Shown here: one piece after another, positions 1-9,306 of the stretch | How the letters are laid out: every line of letters starts with the position of its first letter | Position numbering within the stretch: the stretch's first letter is position 1 | Origin: Ostreococcus lucimarinus | Lineage: Eukaryota | Length of the DNA: 64,000 nt | Strand: one strand, 5' to 3' | NCBI GenBank assembly: GCA_000092065.1 | Contig: CP000592.1 | The notes under the pieces: model-generated | What the model was told of the DNA's origin: nothing | Database searches by the model: none | Seen by the model: the letters and a program-made list of their open reading frames with translations, nothing else | Made by a program: the position numbers and the translations under genes

Positions 1-92
1 ATTATTCCATAGAAGCACCGCTGTTAGCACAGCGATAATGTAGTACACAGGCACACGCAAGCCGTTATATGCATATATCGTATCGTACAAAT

Positions 93-1787
93 CTACCAGA
101 AAGAAGTCTGCGCGTTTCGAGCGAGGTCTCGTTCGTATTCTTCGACGTGCGCAGGTATTTCGAGTTTCTCGTTGATCCCTTCCAGTCGGACGTAGTCGCG
201 TAAATCGCACACTGTCTCGACGTACTCAACCTTGTTACACAACCTCGACTCGAGTTGAAGCATGTCCATCGTCCAGATTGCCGCCTTGAGTATCGCCGTC
301 GCGTGCACGACAAACACCGTCTTCAGCGTGTCGCGATGCTGCGGCCCGAGCGCGACGTGCAGCTTGCGAATGAAGTCCAAGCTAGGCGGCGCGCCGTACA
401 CACCTCCGGTGTGATGATACACAATGACGTATCCTCGCGGATTATCCGTCACCCCACGAAGTTCCTTCGCCACGTGCGCCAGGAGCCTTTGCTCTTCGCC
501 CGACTTGATCAAGCGCTCGAGAAACGCGGCGATGACGACGACGACTCGTCGACCGATGTAATCGCGAGACTTTTCTAGATAGATCGCCTTGGCGTCGCTC
601 ACATCGCTCACATCCATAGATTCCGCGCGCCGTAGCAAATTCGCTCGGCGGGTTTGTTCATCCTCCACGTCTCGCGTGTCTCGCGACACCGTGAGCCCGG
701 TTTCCTCGTTCGCGCCCACGGCGAGACGATCCAACGCCCCGGCCCAATTCGCGTCTACATCACCGTCATTCTCTTCAACGCGCTGGCGTCTGGATTCGGG
801 ATCTATGCTCATCGACATGAAAACGCTGCTCACCGCGGGCACGACGGTGGCGTCGGAATCATCCAGGCTGACCCCCATCGTCTTGTTCATCCCGCCCGTG
901 AAATCGCTCGCCGACGACAACCGCCCCGCGATGCGCAGACGTCTTTCGTCCAAAATCATCTCTCCGTACTCGTTGTACCCGGGCTTATCCTTCAGCGCCT
1001 CCTCCGATAGCTTTCTTTCCTCGTCGTTTCTCGGGAAAAACACCGAAAGCGCCGCTCGATAATCATCCATCTCCGCCGCGTTGGCGCACACGACGACGCA
1101 GTCCAACTTACCGCTCCACTTCTCCAGAAACCTACGAATCGTCCGCACCATCACCATCGCCGCCGAATCGCTCGGATACCCCTTCTTCTCATCGCACGCC
1201 GGCGTGCACGCCACCGTCCTCGCCTTGCACTCGTCCACCGCTTTCGTCAGCGCGCTCACGTAACAGTGCACGAGCGCGTGCTCCGCCGCCGTCGCGTACT
1301 TCTCCGCGTACCTCGGCCCGACGCAGTGCGCGATCCTCCGCGCCGGCAACCGTCCTCCCGACGTCATCGCGCACTCCCCAGTCCTCGCCCGCTCGCCGTT
1401 CGTCCCGAGTTCGCGCCACACGTCGCTCCCCGCGAGCGCCGTCAGCGTCGCGCCCGGCGCGTCGCCGCTCGCCTCGCGCGCCCTCGCCCCCTCCCGTCCC
1501 GCGCACGTCACCACCTCGCAGTCCAGCAGCCACGGCGACGTCGCGTCGCGTCCATCGAACGCGCACACGCGCACGAGGGCGTTCAGATCGCGTCGCACCG
1601 CGAACGCGCGCGTCGCATCCGTCGTCGTCGCCGCAACACCATCGCCGTCGCTCGCGTCGCCGCGCGCGCCCTCGCGCGCGCGCTCGAGCGACGCCCACGT
1701 CGCGAGCTCGCGCCAGCGCGTCGTCGGCGCGCGCTTCGGCGGCGCCGCGCCGACGTCGTAGCCCGGCGCGTCGTACGCGCGCGCCAT
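93..1787 (-). CDS. GDAP2-like protein (macro domain + CRAL-TRIO/Sec14 domain)
   Basis: Macro-domain motifs (VVTCAGREGA...GECAMTSGGRLPARRIAHCVGPRY) are followed by a C-terminal CRAL-TRIO-like region. I placed the start at the internal ATG (MARAYDAPG...), checked as cat at 1785-1787. Upstream of that the long track ORF is Arg-rich and looks like composition extension. Confidence 0.65.
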   Translation of the reverse strand: MARAYDAPGYDVGAAPPKRAPTTRWRELATWASLERAREGARGDASDGDGVAATTTDATRAFAVRRDLNALVRVCAFDGRDATSPWLLDCEVVTCAGREGARAREASGDAPGATLTALAGSDVWRELGTNGERARTGECAMTSGGRLPARRIAHCVGPRYAEKYATAAEHALVHCYVSALTKAVDECKARTVACTPACDEKKGYPSDSAAMVMVRTIRRFLEKWSGKLDCVVVCANAAEMDDYRAALSVFFPRNDEERKLSEEALKDKPGYNEYGEMILDERRLRIAGRLSSASDFTGGMNKTMGVSLDDSDATVVPAVSSVFMSMSIDPESRRQRVEENDGDVDANWAGALDRLAVGANEETGLTVSRDTRDVEDEQTRRANLLRRAESMDVSDVSDAKAIYLEKSRDYIGRRVVVVIAAFLERLIKSGEEQRLLAHVAKELRGVTDNPRGYVIVYHHTGGVYGAPPSLDFIRKLHVALGPQHRDTLKTVFVVHATAILKAAIWTMDMLQLESRLCNKVEYVETVCDLRDYVRLEGINEKLEIPAHVEEYERDLARNAQTSFW

Positions 1788-1896
1788 TCGCGCGCGCCGC
1801 GCTCTGCGACGAATCCGCGCCGACGCCGCGCCGCGCCGCCGGACGCCGCGCCGCGCCGACGCGACGCGCGGTCGGGCGCGCGCCGAACGGCGCGCG
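1788..1896. promoter_or_regulatory. ~109 bp head-to-head intergenic region, putative bidirectional promoter between GDAP2-like and BMT5-like genes
   Basis: The start codons of two divergent genes lie 109 bp apart. This is inferred from the gene models, and no motif was identified. Confidence 0.3.
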
Positions 1897-2736
1897 ATGG
1901 CGAAGAAGGGGCGCGAGGCGCGCATCACGCGCGCGATCGCGAAGATTCGCGGCGAGCCGCTGTCGCTCGCGCTGCGAAAGCGCGCGGCGACGCGACCGAG
2001 CGCGAGCGACGGCGCGAGCGCGTCGAAGCGATCGGCGTGGAGAAAGCGCAAGGATAAGGCGAAGACGCGGGCGGAGGCGCGAGGGACGGCGACGGCGCCG
2101 CAGGGGTATCACGGAGGGATGAAGATTTTGTGCGTGGGCGACGGGAACATGAGCTTCGCGCTGGCGCTGGCGACGCTGTTCGGAAACGACGCGCCGGGGC
2201 TGGTGGTGACGACGGACGCGAGCGAAAGAGGGGCGAAAAAAATGTATGGAACGATGGAGGACACGGTGGAGGCGCTGGAGGCGAGCGGGGCGTCGGTGGT
2301 GTACGGGATGGAGTGCGAGACGCTGGGGACGAAGAGCGGGAGCGCGACGCTGCGAGGACGCGCGGGAGGGTCGAATTTCGATCGCGTGGTGTTTAATTTT
2401 CCCGACGCGGGGGTGGGGAAGGTTGGGATGCTGAGCGTTAGGGCGCAGCGGGAGCTGATCGCGAGTTTCTTTGAGAACGCGCCAAAGTTGTTGAAGTCGA
2501 ACGGGGAACTGCGATTGACGATGCAAACGGGGGCGCCGTACGATAAGTGGAACGTCGAGGGTCTGGCGCTCAAGGCGCGTTTAGTGTTTAAAACGAGCGT
2601 GGAATTTCTTGCGAGCGAGTTTCCCGGGTACGAATACTGCGACACCCCCGCCGAGGACGCCGAGGACGTCGAGCCGAGCGCCGACGACTTGGGCCGGTGC
2701 GTGACGTACGTCTTCGCGGCCAACGTCGAGCAGTAG
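1897..2736 (+). CDS. BMT5-like (DUF2431) rRNA methyltransferase with KR-rich nucleolar-type N-terminus
   Basis: Family motifs are present: ILCVGDGNMSFALALA and FDRVVFNFPDAG. The N-terminus is Lys/Arg-rich, and the ATG at 1897 was verified. Confidence 0.55.
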   Translation: MAKKGREARITRAIAKIRGEPLSLALRKRAATRPSASDGASASKRSAWRKRKDKAKTRAEARGTATAPQGYHGGMKILCVGDGNMSFALALATLFGNDAPGLVVTTDASERGAKKMYGTMEDTVEALEASGASVVYGMECETLGTKSGSATLRGRAGGSNFDRVVFNFPDAGVGKVGMLSVRAQRELIASFFENAPKLLKSNGELRLTMQTGAPYDKWNVEGLALKARLVFKTSVEFLASEFPGYEYCDTPAEDAEDVEPSADDLGRCVTYVFAANVEQ

Positions 2737-2916
2737 TTTTGGAAAGGCCGCCCGCGCGCGCGCGGCGAGCGGACGCGTGGCGATGTTCGAGATAGAATTG
2801 TGCAATAGGAGAAGCTAGACAGTTTTGGAGATTTGTTGTGGTAAAATGGTTATAAAACTGTCGCGCGGCGCGAGTCGATCCGATATTTTGTACAGCCGAA
2901 GCTCTCGTCGAGACGA

Positions 2917-3792
2917 TTATTCGTCAAAGTCCGGGTCACCGACGACGTAACCGGCGTATTGCAACATCGGCACGACGAAAGAGATGACGAGCAAGCCGAT
3001 GACGACGTTCGCGAACACGTCACGCTTCTCGCTCGTCTCGCTCTTCGTCTTGAAGTTGCTTCCCTTTTGCGCCTCAAACTTTGCCGGAGGGCCGGGATCG
3101 TCCTTGCCCTCGAGCACCGCCGCGATGCGCTTCACCGACGACGTCAACGCTTCGTTATACTTTTCTTGCTCGAGATTAATACCGTAGTTGCTCGTCAAAA
3201 CGCTGTCAATCAAAGGATCGCCAACCTGTTTCAAAAATTTTGGCCCCCCCACCAACGCGCCGTCCTTCGTCGACTTCACCAGCAACAAGTTACCCTTATC
3301 GTTCCCCTCCTCCACCGTCGGGTACCACGTCTCCAAAACCTTATCCCCAAACGCGAACGGATCGGTCTCAAACACCAATTTTCTCACCGTGATCACGTTC
3401 ACGTGAAATCCCGTCGCGTCCTCCAGCTCCTTCAGCGTCTTGTTCACCGCCGTCGCCGTCGACCTCGACATCAATCCCGCGTCGTCCACGATGTACCCCG
3501 CCGTCGGCGCCGGCGTCGCGAGAATTTCAATCTCCCCCGCCTTCGCGTCGCTCGTCACCGCGCCGAGGCTCAGCGTCGTCGCGAGCGTCGTCGCGATCGC
3601 GAAATTTTTAACCTTCGCCGCGATCGTTTCGTCGTCCCCTCGCGTCGCGCGCGCCGCCGCCGCGCTTCGGCGCGTCGTCGTCGTCTTCCGCGTCACCGTC
3701 GCCGTCGCCGTCGTCGTCGTCGTCGCGCGCGCGCCCATCATCGTTCGCCGCGCGTCGTCGTCTGCCGACGCGCGGCGCCTTATCGGCCTCAT
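2917..3792 (-). CDS. TPM-domain thylakoid lumen protein (TLP18.3/Psb32-like) with transit-peptide-like N-terminus and C-terminal TM helix
   Basis: TPM-domain core (YIVDDAGLMS...VNVITVRKL...DKGNLLLVKSTKDGALVGGPKF) is followed by a C-terminal hydrophobic helix. The N-terminus is Ala/Thr/Arg-rich, and an alternative start exists at MMGARATTTT (3741). Confidence 0.7.
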   Translation of the reverse strand: MRPIRRRASADDDARRTMMGARATTTTTATATVTRKTTTTRRSAAAARATRGDDETIAAKVKNFAIATTLATTLSLGAVTSDAKAGEIEILATPAPTAGYIVDDAGLMSRSTATAVNKTLKELEDATGFHVNVITVRKLVFETDPFAFGDKVLETWYPTVEEGNDKGNLLLVKSTKDGALVGGPKFLKQVGDPLIDSVLTSNYGINLEQEKYNEALTSSVKRIAAVLEGKDDPGPPAKFEAQKGSNFKTKSETSEKRDVFANVVIGLLVISFVVPMLQYAGYVVGDPDFDE

Positions 3793-3930
3793 CGTCGAAG
3801 ATACGCCCTTCGACGCGTTCGCACATCGCGTTCGCGATGTCTACAAAGCGACGCGCATCGCGTTCGAACGCGATTCGACGCAGATAAATGCGCGTCGTTA
3901 GGGTTCGGCGTCCACACACTGCGACGCGCG

Positions 3931-4986
3931 ATGCGCGCGCGCGCGCGCGCGTCGCCGCGATCGCTCGCGCTGCGACGCGTCGACGCGACGCGGACGCGCG
4001 CGTGGACGCGATGCGCGCGCGAGCAGACGCGACGGGCGCGGCGGGGGACGACGACGGCGATGACGACGGATGCGTCGAAACTCGAGCGCGCGCGCTCGGA
4101 CGGCGCGAGGCGAGGCGCGGCGACGCGGGCGGCGGCGCCGAGGCGCGCGGACGTCGCGGGGACGGCGGACTCGGCGGTGGCGCGGTTGGAGGGCGCGGCG
4201 CGGGCGTGGGCGACGCGGACGCTCGGCGCGTGGACGCCGCCGAAATTTTTATGGCGGAGCGCGGCGACGGGACTGTTGTTCGGAAGCGTGCTGTATCGGT
4301 GCGCGCGACAGCCGCGACGGGTGAATTGGGAGCAGACGTTGCAGCAGATCGCGCGCGTGGGGCCGCAAACGCTCGGGGTGTCGCTGTTGACGAGCTCGTT
4401 CGTGGGGATGGTGTTTACGATTCAGTTTTGTAAGGAGTTCGCGAAGGTTGGGCTGAAGAACGCGATCGGGGGGTTGCTGGGCCTGGCGTTCGCGCGGGAG
4501 TTGACGCCGGTGATCTGCGCGATCGTGCTCACGGGAAGAATCGGGAGCTCGATCGCGGCGGAGTTGGGGACGATGCAGGTGACGGAGCAAGTGGACCAGC
4601 TCACGGTGCTCGGGACGGATCCCGTGGATTATCTCGTCATCCCGCGCGTCATCGCGTGCGCGGTGTCGCTGCCGATATTGAGCATAATATCTTTCGCGCA
4701 GGCGCTCGGAGCGAGCATTTTACTCGCGGATTTGCGTTACGGAGTGTCGCCGAACGTCATCATCGACAGCGCGGCCAAGTATTTGGAACCGAGCGACATC
4801 GGCATCATGACCGCGAAATCCATCGCCTTCGGCGCCGTCATCGCGGTGATTTCCTGCGGCTGGGGTACCACCACCACGGGCGGCGCCAAGGGCGTGGGCG
4901 AGAGCACCACCGCGAGCGTCGTCATCAGTCTCACCGCCATCTTCGTCGTCGACTTCGTCCTCTCCCTCGTCTTCTTTCAAAAATAG
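3931..4986 (+). CDS. MlaE/TGD1-type ABC transporter permease (chloroplast lipid import), with transit peptide
   Basis: The C-terminal 260 aa are a multi-TM MlaE-like permease (...GVSLLTSSFVGMVFTIQF...ELTPVICAIVLTGRIGSS...). I chose the in-frame ATG at 3931. The 5' part of the 675-aa track ORF is antisense to the TPM gene and was rejected. Confidence 0.7.
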   Translation: MRARARASPRSLALRRVDATRTRAWTRCAREQTRRARRGTTTAMTTDASKLERARSDGARRGAATRAAAPRRADVAGTADSAVARLEGAARAWATRTLGAWTPPKFLWRSAATGLLFGSVLYRCARQPRRVNWEQTLQQIARVGPQTLGVSLLTSSFVGMVFTIQFCKEFAKVGLKNAIGGLLGLAFARELTPVICAIVLTGRIGSSIAAELGTMQVTEQVDQLTVLGTDPVDYLVIPRVIACAVSLPILSIISFAQALGASILLADLRYGVSPNVIIDSAAKYLEPSDIGIMTAKSIAFGAVIAVISCGWGTTTTGGAKGVGESTTASVVISLTAIFVVDFVLSLVFFQK

Positions 4987-5143
4987 TCCGGCGTCTCGGC
5001 GTCATCGATCGAGCCAGTCACCGCCGCGCGCCCGGCATCGCTTGTATTTCATTTAATTTTTCATCGCCGTCTCGCCGTCGCGAACCGCGCGTCGCCGTCG
5101 TCTCGCCGTCTCGCCGTCTCGTCCCGCACACGCCGCCGCGACG

Positions 5144-6196
5144 ATGTCCTCGTCGCCGCCTTGTCGCCATTTCCTCCGCGGGGCGTGTCGCTACGGCGAC
5201 GCGTGTAAATTCGCCCACGCCGCGCGCGACGCCGACGCCGCGCGCGCGCCTCGCTCGAGGTCGCGCAAAACGCGCCGAAAAGACTCGCGGCAAAAAGTGA
5301 AACGGTTTCGCGAGTGGCTCGCGCGCGAGTTCGCCGACGCGCTCGACGGCGGCGTCGTCCTGGACGTCGCCGGCGGCAAGGGCGTCCTGGCGTTCGATCT
5401 CATGAACTCGACGAACGCGGCGGAGGTGTGGGTGATCGATCCGCGCGCGATGCGCCTGGGAAGGCTCAGGCGCAGGTTCGCGCTGGGATTTCATCTGCGC
5501 GAACGCGAACGCGACGCCGCGACGATACGCGTGCGAGAACCGAAGCACTTGCGAGTGTATTGGTCGCGGGAGGTGTACGCGCGAGAGGACGCGGCGTGGG
5601 AAGCGAGAGTGCGAGCGTCGAACGTCGCGGCGCGAGCGAGCAGGTGGTGCGTGTCGGGACTCGTCGCGGACGATAGGAGAGACGCTCGATACGAAGACGC
5701 GGGGGCGACGGTGCGCGTCGTCGACGGCGCGGTCGATATCGCGCCGTCGACGGATCGTCGAAGCGATGAGGACGACGCCGACGACGACGCCGGCGACGCC
5801 GGCGACGACGCCGACGGTGAAATCGAGTTGGACCAGGACGCCGTCGTCTCCGCGCTCGACGACGTCCTCCGTCGAGTCTCCATCGTCGTCGCCATGCATC
5901 CCGACCAAGCCACGGACGCGGCGGTCGATTTCGCCCTCGAGCGCAATCTTCCCTTCGCCGTCGTTCCGTGTTGCGTGTACGCGAAAGAGTTCGGCAAACG
6001 CCGGCTCGCCGACGGCTCCCGCGTCACCACGCACGCGCACTTGGTCGACCATCTCGTGCAGAAAGCCGGTCTGACCGACGTGCGCGTCGCCGAGCTTCCC
6101 TTTCCCGGGAAAAACGTGGTCGTCTACGGCACGGGTCGACGCGCGTCGACGTGCGTCGCCGTCCAGACGCCGCAGCGCGGAGGCGTAGGAGAATAG
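5144..6196 (+). CDS. CCCH zinc-finger protein with class-I SAM-methyltransferase-like domain (possibly TRM13-like tRNA 2'-O-methyltransferase)
   Basis: The N-terminus carries C-x7-C-x5-C-x3-H (CRHFLRGACRYGDACKFAH). A GxGxG-like motif (VLDVAGGKG) and a later VVAMHPDQATD...VVPCCVY block follow. The TRM13 assignment is tentative. Confidence 0.5.
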   Translation: MSSSPPCRHFLRGACRYGDACKFAHAARDADAARAPRSRSRKTRRKDSRQKVKRFREWLAREFADALDGGVVLDVAGGKGVLAFDLMNSTNAAEVWVIDPRAMRLGRLRRRFALGFHLRERERDAATIRVREPKHLRVYWSREVYAREDAAWEARVRASNVAARASRWCVSGLVADDRRDARYEDAGATVRVVDGAVDIAPSTDRRSDEDDADDDAGDAGDDADGEIELDQDAVVSALDDVLRRVSIVVAMHPDQATDAAVDFALERNLPFAVVPCCVYAKEFGKRRLADGSRVTTHAHLVDHLVQKAGLTDVRVAELPFPGKNVVVYGTGRRASTCVAVQTPQRGGVGE

Positions 6197-6232
6197 GAGA
6201 ATAGGAGAATAGGAGAATAGGAGAATAGGAAC
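6183..6232. repeat. perfect octamer tandem repeat (AGGAGAAT) x6 beginning inside the stop codon of the upstream CDS
   Basis: Seen directly: taggagaat aggagaat aggagaat ... The TAG stop of the 5144..6196 gene is the first repeat unit. Confidence 0.9.
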
Positions 6233-6268
6233 AGACACTCGCGTCGACCGCACTCTCTCGCGCGCACC

Positions 6269-6832
6269 ATGCGCGCGCGTTCGCTCCCGAGCGCGCGCGC
6301 GACGCGCGTCGCGTCTCGCGCGACCACATCGCGCGCGCCGCCGTCTCTCTCTCTCTCGCGCGCGCCGCGCGCGCGCTCGGGACGCTTTCGACGTCATCCA
6401 CCGTCCCGACCGCCGCGCGCGCTCCCCGACGCCGACGTCGCCCCGGTCGAGGCGTGGCAGCTGTGGTTCGGATTCATCGCCGGCGTCAGCCCGTTCGCGA
6501 TCGCGGCGTACGAATTCGGGAAGCGCGTGCTCATCCAGCGCCGGTGCGCGCTCTGCGCGGGCTCGGGCCTCGTCGAAGTCGAGCGCTCGCGAGGCGCGCG
6601 GTTGGTCAAATGCACCGCGTGCGGCGGATTCCTGCCGTGGCAGTCGTGGGAGAGGTTTCTGAGCAGCGAAGCGGGGAACGGGGGCGTGGTGCGCGCGCCG
6701 AAGGGGCAGACGTCGGCGTTTTATAGCGTGGAAAAGGCGACGGCGGCGAGCCGGGAGATGGCGGCGCGACGCGCGCGAGACGGCGAGGCGTCGAGCGATC
6801 GCGACGGCGACGACGACGCGGGATTAGGGTAG
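6269..6832 (+). CDS. thylakoid-type membrane protein with DnaJ-like CxxCxGxG zinc finger (LQY1/SCO2-like), transit-peptide-like N-terminus
   Basis: A Ser/Ala/Arg/Pro-rich N-terminus is followed by a hydrophobic helix (LWFGFIAGVSPFAIAAY). Then come CALCAGSG...KCTACGGF zinc-finger pairs. Confidence 0.5.
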   Translation: MRARSLPSARATRVASRATTSRAPPSLSLSRAPRARSGRFRRHPPSRPPRALPDADVAPVEAWQLWFGFIAGVSPFAIAAYEFGKRVLIQRRCALCAGSGLVEVERSRGARLVKCTACGGFLPWQSWERFLSSEAGNGGVVRAPKGQTSAFYSVEKATAASREMAARRARDGEASSDRDGDDDAGLG

Positions 6833-6961
6833 AAATAATGTATGCGACGCACGCGCTCGAACGTCGGACGTTTCGCGGCGTCTGCGCCGTTGAATCGTCG
6901 CCGCCGCGAACCGTCGTCGTCGTCGCCGCGCCGCGCGCTCGACGCCGCACTCGCCGACGCC

Positions 6962-8284
6962 ATGCTTCGCGCCGCGCTCTCGAGCGCTCGCGCCTGCGCG
7001 TCGTCGCGCAGAGCGCGCGTTCGCGCGCGCGTTCGTCGCGCGCGCGCGCGCGTTCTCACCGTCGCGGCGTCGCCCGAAGCGCCGCCGCCGGTTCCAGACG
7101 TCCGCGCCTTCGACGCCGCGCCGCTCGACGTCGACGCCCTGGACGCGTTCCCTCGCCTCTCGAGCGGCAAGTACGCGCTCAAGGGCATGCGACGCGCCGA
7201 ACTCGCGGATTGGCTCGCGCACGTCGGGGAGAAACGGTCGAGGGCGGACTCGGTGTTCAGAGCCATGTATCGCGAGCTCGGCGGCGACGCCGACGCGAGC
7301 GAGGCGTTCGGCGATAAATTTAAAGCGCGTCTGGAGGTTTTGGGAAGCTTCGACGGCGATTTGGAGCTGAGCGATACGAGATTAGCGACGGATGGCACGC
7401 GGAAGGTGACGTATAACCTGCGAGGGAGCGGGGGCGGGACGGTGGAGAGCGTGTTGATTCCGGCGCTGACGGAGCGAGGTCGAACGACGGTGTGCGTGAG
7501 TTCGCAGCTCGGGTGCGCGATGAATTGCCAGTTTTGTTACACGGCGAAAATGGGGTTGAGGAAAAATCTCAGCGCGGCGCAGATCGTGGAGCAGGTCGTG
7601 CAGGCGAGACGGATGGTGGGCGCGAGCGAGGTGTCGAACGTAGTCTTTATGGGCATGGGGGAGCCGCTGCACAACGTCGATGAGGTGTTAAAGGCGGTAT
7701 CAATCTTGTTGGATCCCAAAGGATTGGGGTTTTCGCGTAACAAAGTCACCGTGAGCACGTCTGGGCTGGTTCCACAGATGGAGCGATTTTTACGCGAGAG
7801 TGAGGCGTCGTTGGCCGTGTCGCTCAACGCCACGACGGATTACATTCGCAACTGGATCATGCCCATCAATCGCAAATACAACCTCGAAATGCTTCTTGGA
7901 TTGCTCCGTCGCGAGTTTCCGCGCCAATCTCTCGGTAGGCACCAAAGACAGGTATTTTTCGAGTACATCATGCTCGAAGGCGTGAACGACAGCGACGAGG
8001 ACGCGGATCGATTGGTCGAAATCGCTCGCGACATTCCGTGCAAAATCAATCTCATTTATTTCAACACGCACGACGGTTCGGAGTTCAAGTGCAGCGATCA
8101 AGAGCGAATCAACGCTTTTCGCCAGCGCGTCAGCGATGCGGGCGTGACGTGCACGATTCGACAGTCTCGAGGGGACGAAGAGATGTCGGCGTGCGGACAG
8201 CTCGGCAAGCCGGACGACGAGGCAAACTGGAAACCTCCGCCGCCTCGCATGCGAGACCCGCGCACGCGCGCGCAGCGCTTGTGA
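6962..8284 (+). CDS. rlmN: RlmN/Cfr-family radical SAM RNA methyltransferase, organelle-targeted
   Basis: It has the radical-SAM CxxxCxxC motif (GCAMNCQFC). The RlmN N-terminal block (MRRAELADWLAHVGEK) and the GMGEPL and SACGQLG motifs are present. The track ORF starts at 6842, only 10 nt after the upstream stop, so I preferred the in-frame ATG at 6962 (MLRAALSS...), which begins a transit-like peptide. Confidence 0.75.
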   Translation: MLRAALSSARACASSRRARVRARVRRARARVLTVAASPEAPPPVPDVRAFDAAPLDVDALDAFPRLSSGKYALKGMRRAELADWLAHVGEKRSRADSVFRAMYRELGGDADASEAFGDKFKARLEVLGSFDGDLELSDTRLATDGTRKVTYNLRGSGGGTVESVLIPALTERGRTTVCVSSQLGCAMNCQFCYTAKMGLRKNLSAAQIVEQVVQARRMVGASEVSNVVFMGMGEPLHNVDEVLKAVSILLDPKGLGFSRNKVTVSTSGLVPQMERFLRESEASLAVSLNATTDYIRNWIMPINRKYNLEMLLGLLRREFPRQSLGRHQRQVFFEYIMLEGVNDSDEDADRLVEIARDIPCKINLIYFNTHDGSEFKCSDQERINAFRQRVSDAGVTCTIRQSRGDEEMSACGQLGKPDDEANWKPPPPRMRDPRTRAQRL

Positions 8285-8359
8285 TCACGATGTTAACGCC
8301 GCATACATGCTTATACGATATAGTTACAAGGTTTGTACCGTACTTATTTTTATGTAATT

Positions 8360-9148
8360 TTACTCCTTCCCGAACAATCCGCCTTGCTCAAACTCTCTCT
8401 GACTCGCGTTGCGAAGCAGACGCGCTGCCTCCACCTGGTCGTTCGCTTCCGCGAGCTCCAGCGCGGTGCCGCTCGCCGAGCGAAGAATGTTACTCTCCGA
8501 CGCGCTGTGTCGAATGTTCGCACCGCTCTCGAGAAGCGCGCTCAGGGAAGAACTCGACCCGTTCGCCGCCGCCACGTGCAGCGCCGAGTACCCGCCTCGC
8601 ATCTCCCCGTTCACCGCCGCCCCGAGTCGAACCAGCAGCTTCACCATCGCCCCGTGTCCACTGTGCGACGCCACGTGCAGCGCCGTGCATCCGTGCGCGT
8701 TCTTCGCCTCCAAATTCGTCCCCTTCCACTCCCCCAAAACCTCCGCCGCGTCCAGCGCGTTCGCGCGCGCCGCCTCGTGCAGCGCCGTGTCCCCCTGTTC
8801 GTCCTTCCCGTTCGCGTCCGCCCCTCGCTCGAGCAATAATCGACACACTTCCGCGTGTCCCCACTGCGCCGCCGTCATGAGCGCCGTCGCGCCTCGCTCG
8901 TCTCGTTCGTCCACCGCCGCGCCCGCGACGAGGAGCGCCCTCGCCGTGCTCGCCTCCCCGTCCTCGCACGCCGCGTGCAGCGGCGTGTGCAGGTCGTGCT
9001 TCGGTCCGCGTCGCGAGAAATCATCCAGCTCGCGTCGCAGCGCGCTCGCCGCGCGCGCCGCGCGCTCGCGCTCGCCGCGCATCGCCGCCGCGTGCCGACG
9101 CAGCGCCGCCTCGCTCAATCTCGGACTCGGCGGCCGCTCGTCGCGCAT
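8360..9148 (-). CDS. ankyrin-repeat protein
   Basis: It has four or more ANK repeats (e.g. TPLHAACEDGEASTARALLVAGAAVDERDERGATALMTAAQWGHAEVCRLLLERGAD). Confidence 0.75.
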   Translation of the reverse strand: MRDERPPSPRLSEAALRRHAAAMRGERERAARAASALRRELDDFSRRGPKHDLHTPLHAACEDGEASTARALLVAGAAVDERDERGATALMTAAQWGHAEVCRLLLERGADANGKDEQGDTALHEAARANALDAAEVLGEWKGTNLEAKNAHGCTALHVASHSGHGAMVKLLVRLGAAVNGEMRGGYSALHVAAANGSSSSLSALLESGANIRHSASESNILRSASGTALELAEANDQVEAARLLRNASQREFEQGGLFGKE

Positions 9149-9306
9149 CGCGCGCCCGCGTCGACGCCGACGGCGCGTCGTCTCCGCGCGCGTCGACGCC
9201 GCGCGCTGAAACGCGTCGCGATGGCGTCGCGGTGTCGCGATTTCGATCCGCGGTCGCCATTCGTCGCCATTCGTCGACGATGCGCGCGTCGCGATAGCGC
9301 CGCGCC

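Noticed and set aside
1189-2526. 445-aa minus-strand ORF (Arg/Ala-rich) overlapping the BMT5-like gene and the GDAP2 5' end
   Set aside because: Its composition is purely Arg/Ala/Pro, typical of the out-of-frame or antisense reading of GC3-rich coding DNA. It has no domain, and it overlaps a well-supported gene on the other strand.
2959-3930. N-terminal 320 aa of the 675-aa plus-strand track ORF
   Set aside because: It is antisense to the TPM-domain gene and is Arg/His/Leu-rich low complexity. Only the MlaE/TGD1 part from 3931 onward was kept.
3440-4433. 153-aa and 181-aa plus-strand ORFs
   Set aside because: They are antisense to or overlap the TPM gene and the TGD1 transit-peptide region. 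They are low complexity.
5018-6397. 459-aa minus-strand ORF antisense to the CCCH-methyltransferase gene
   Set aside because: It is an Arg-rich antisense artefact, and the YSPILLF repeats in it are just the octamer array read in reverse.
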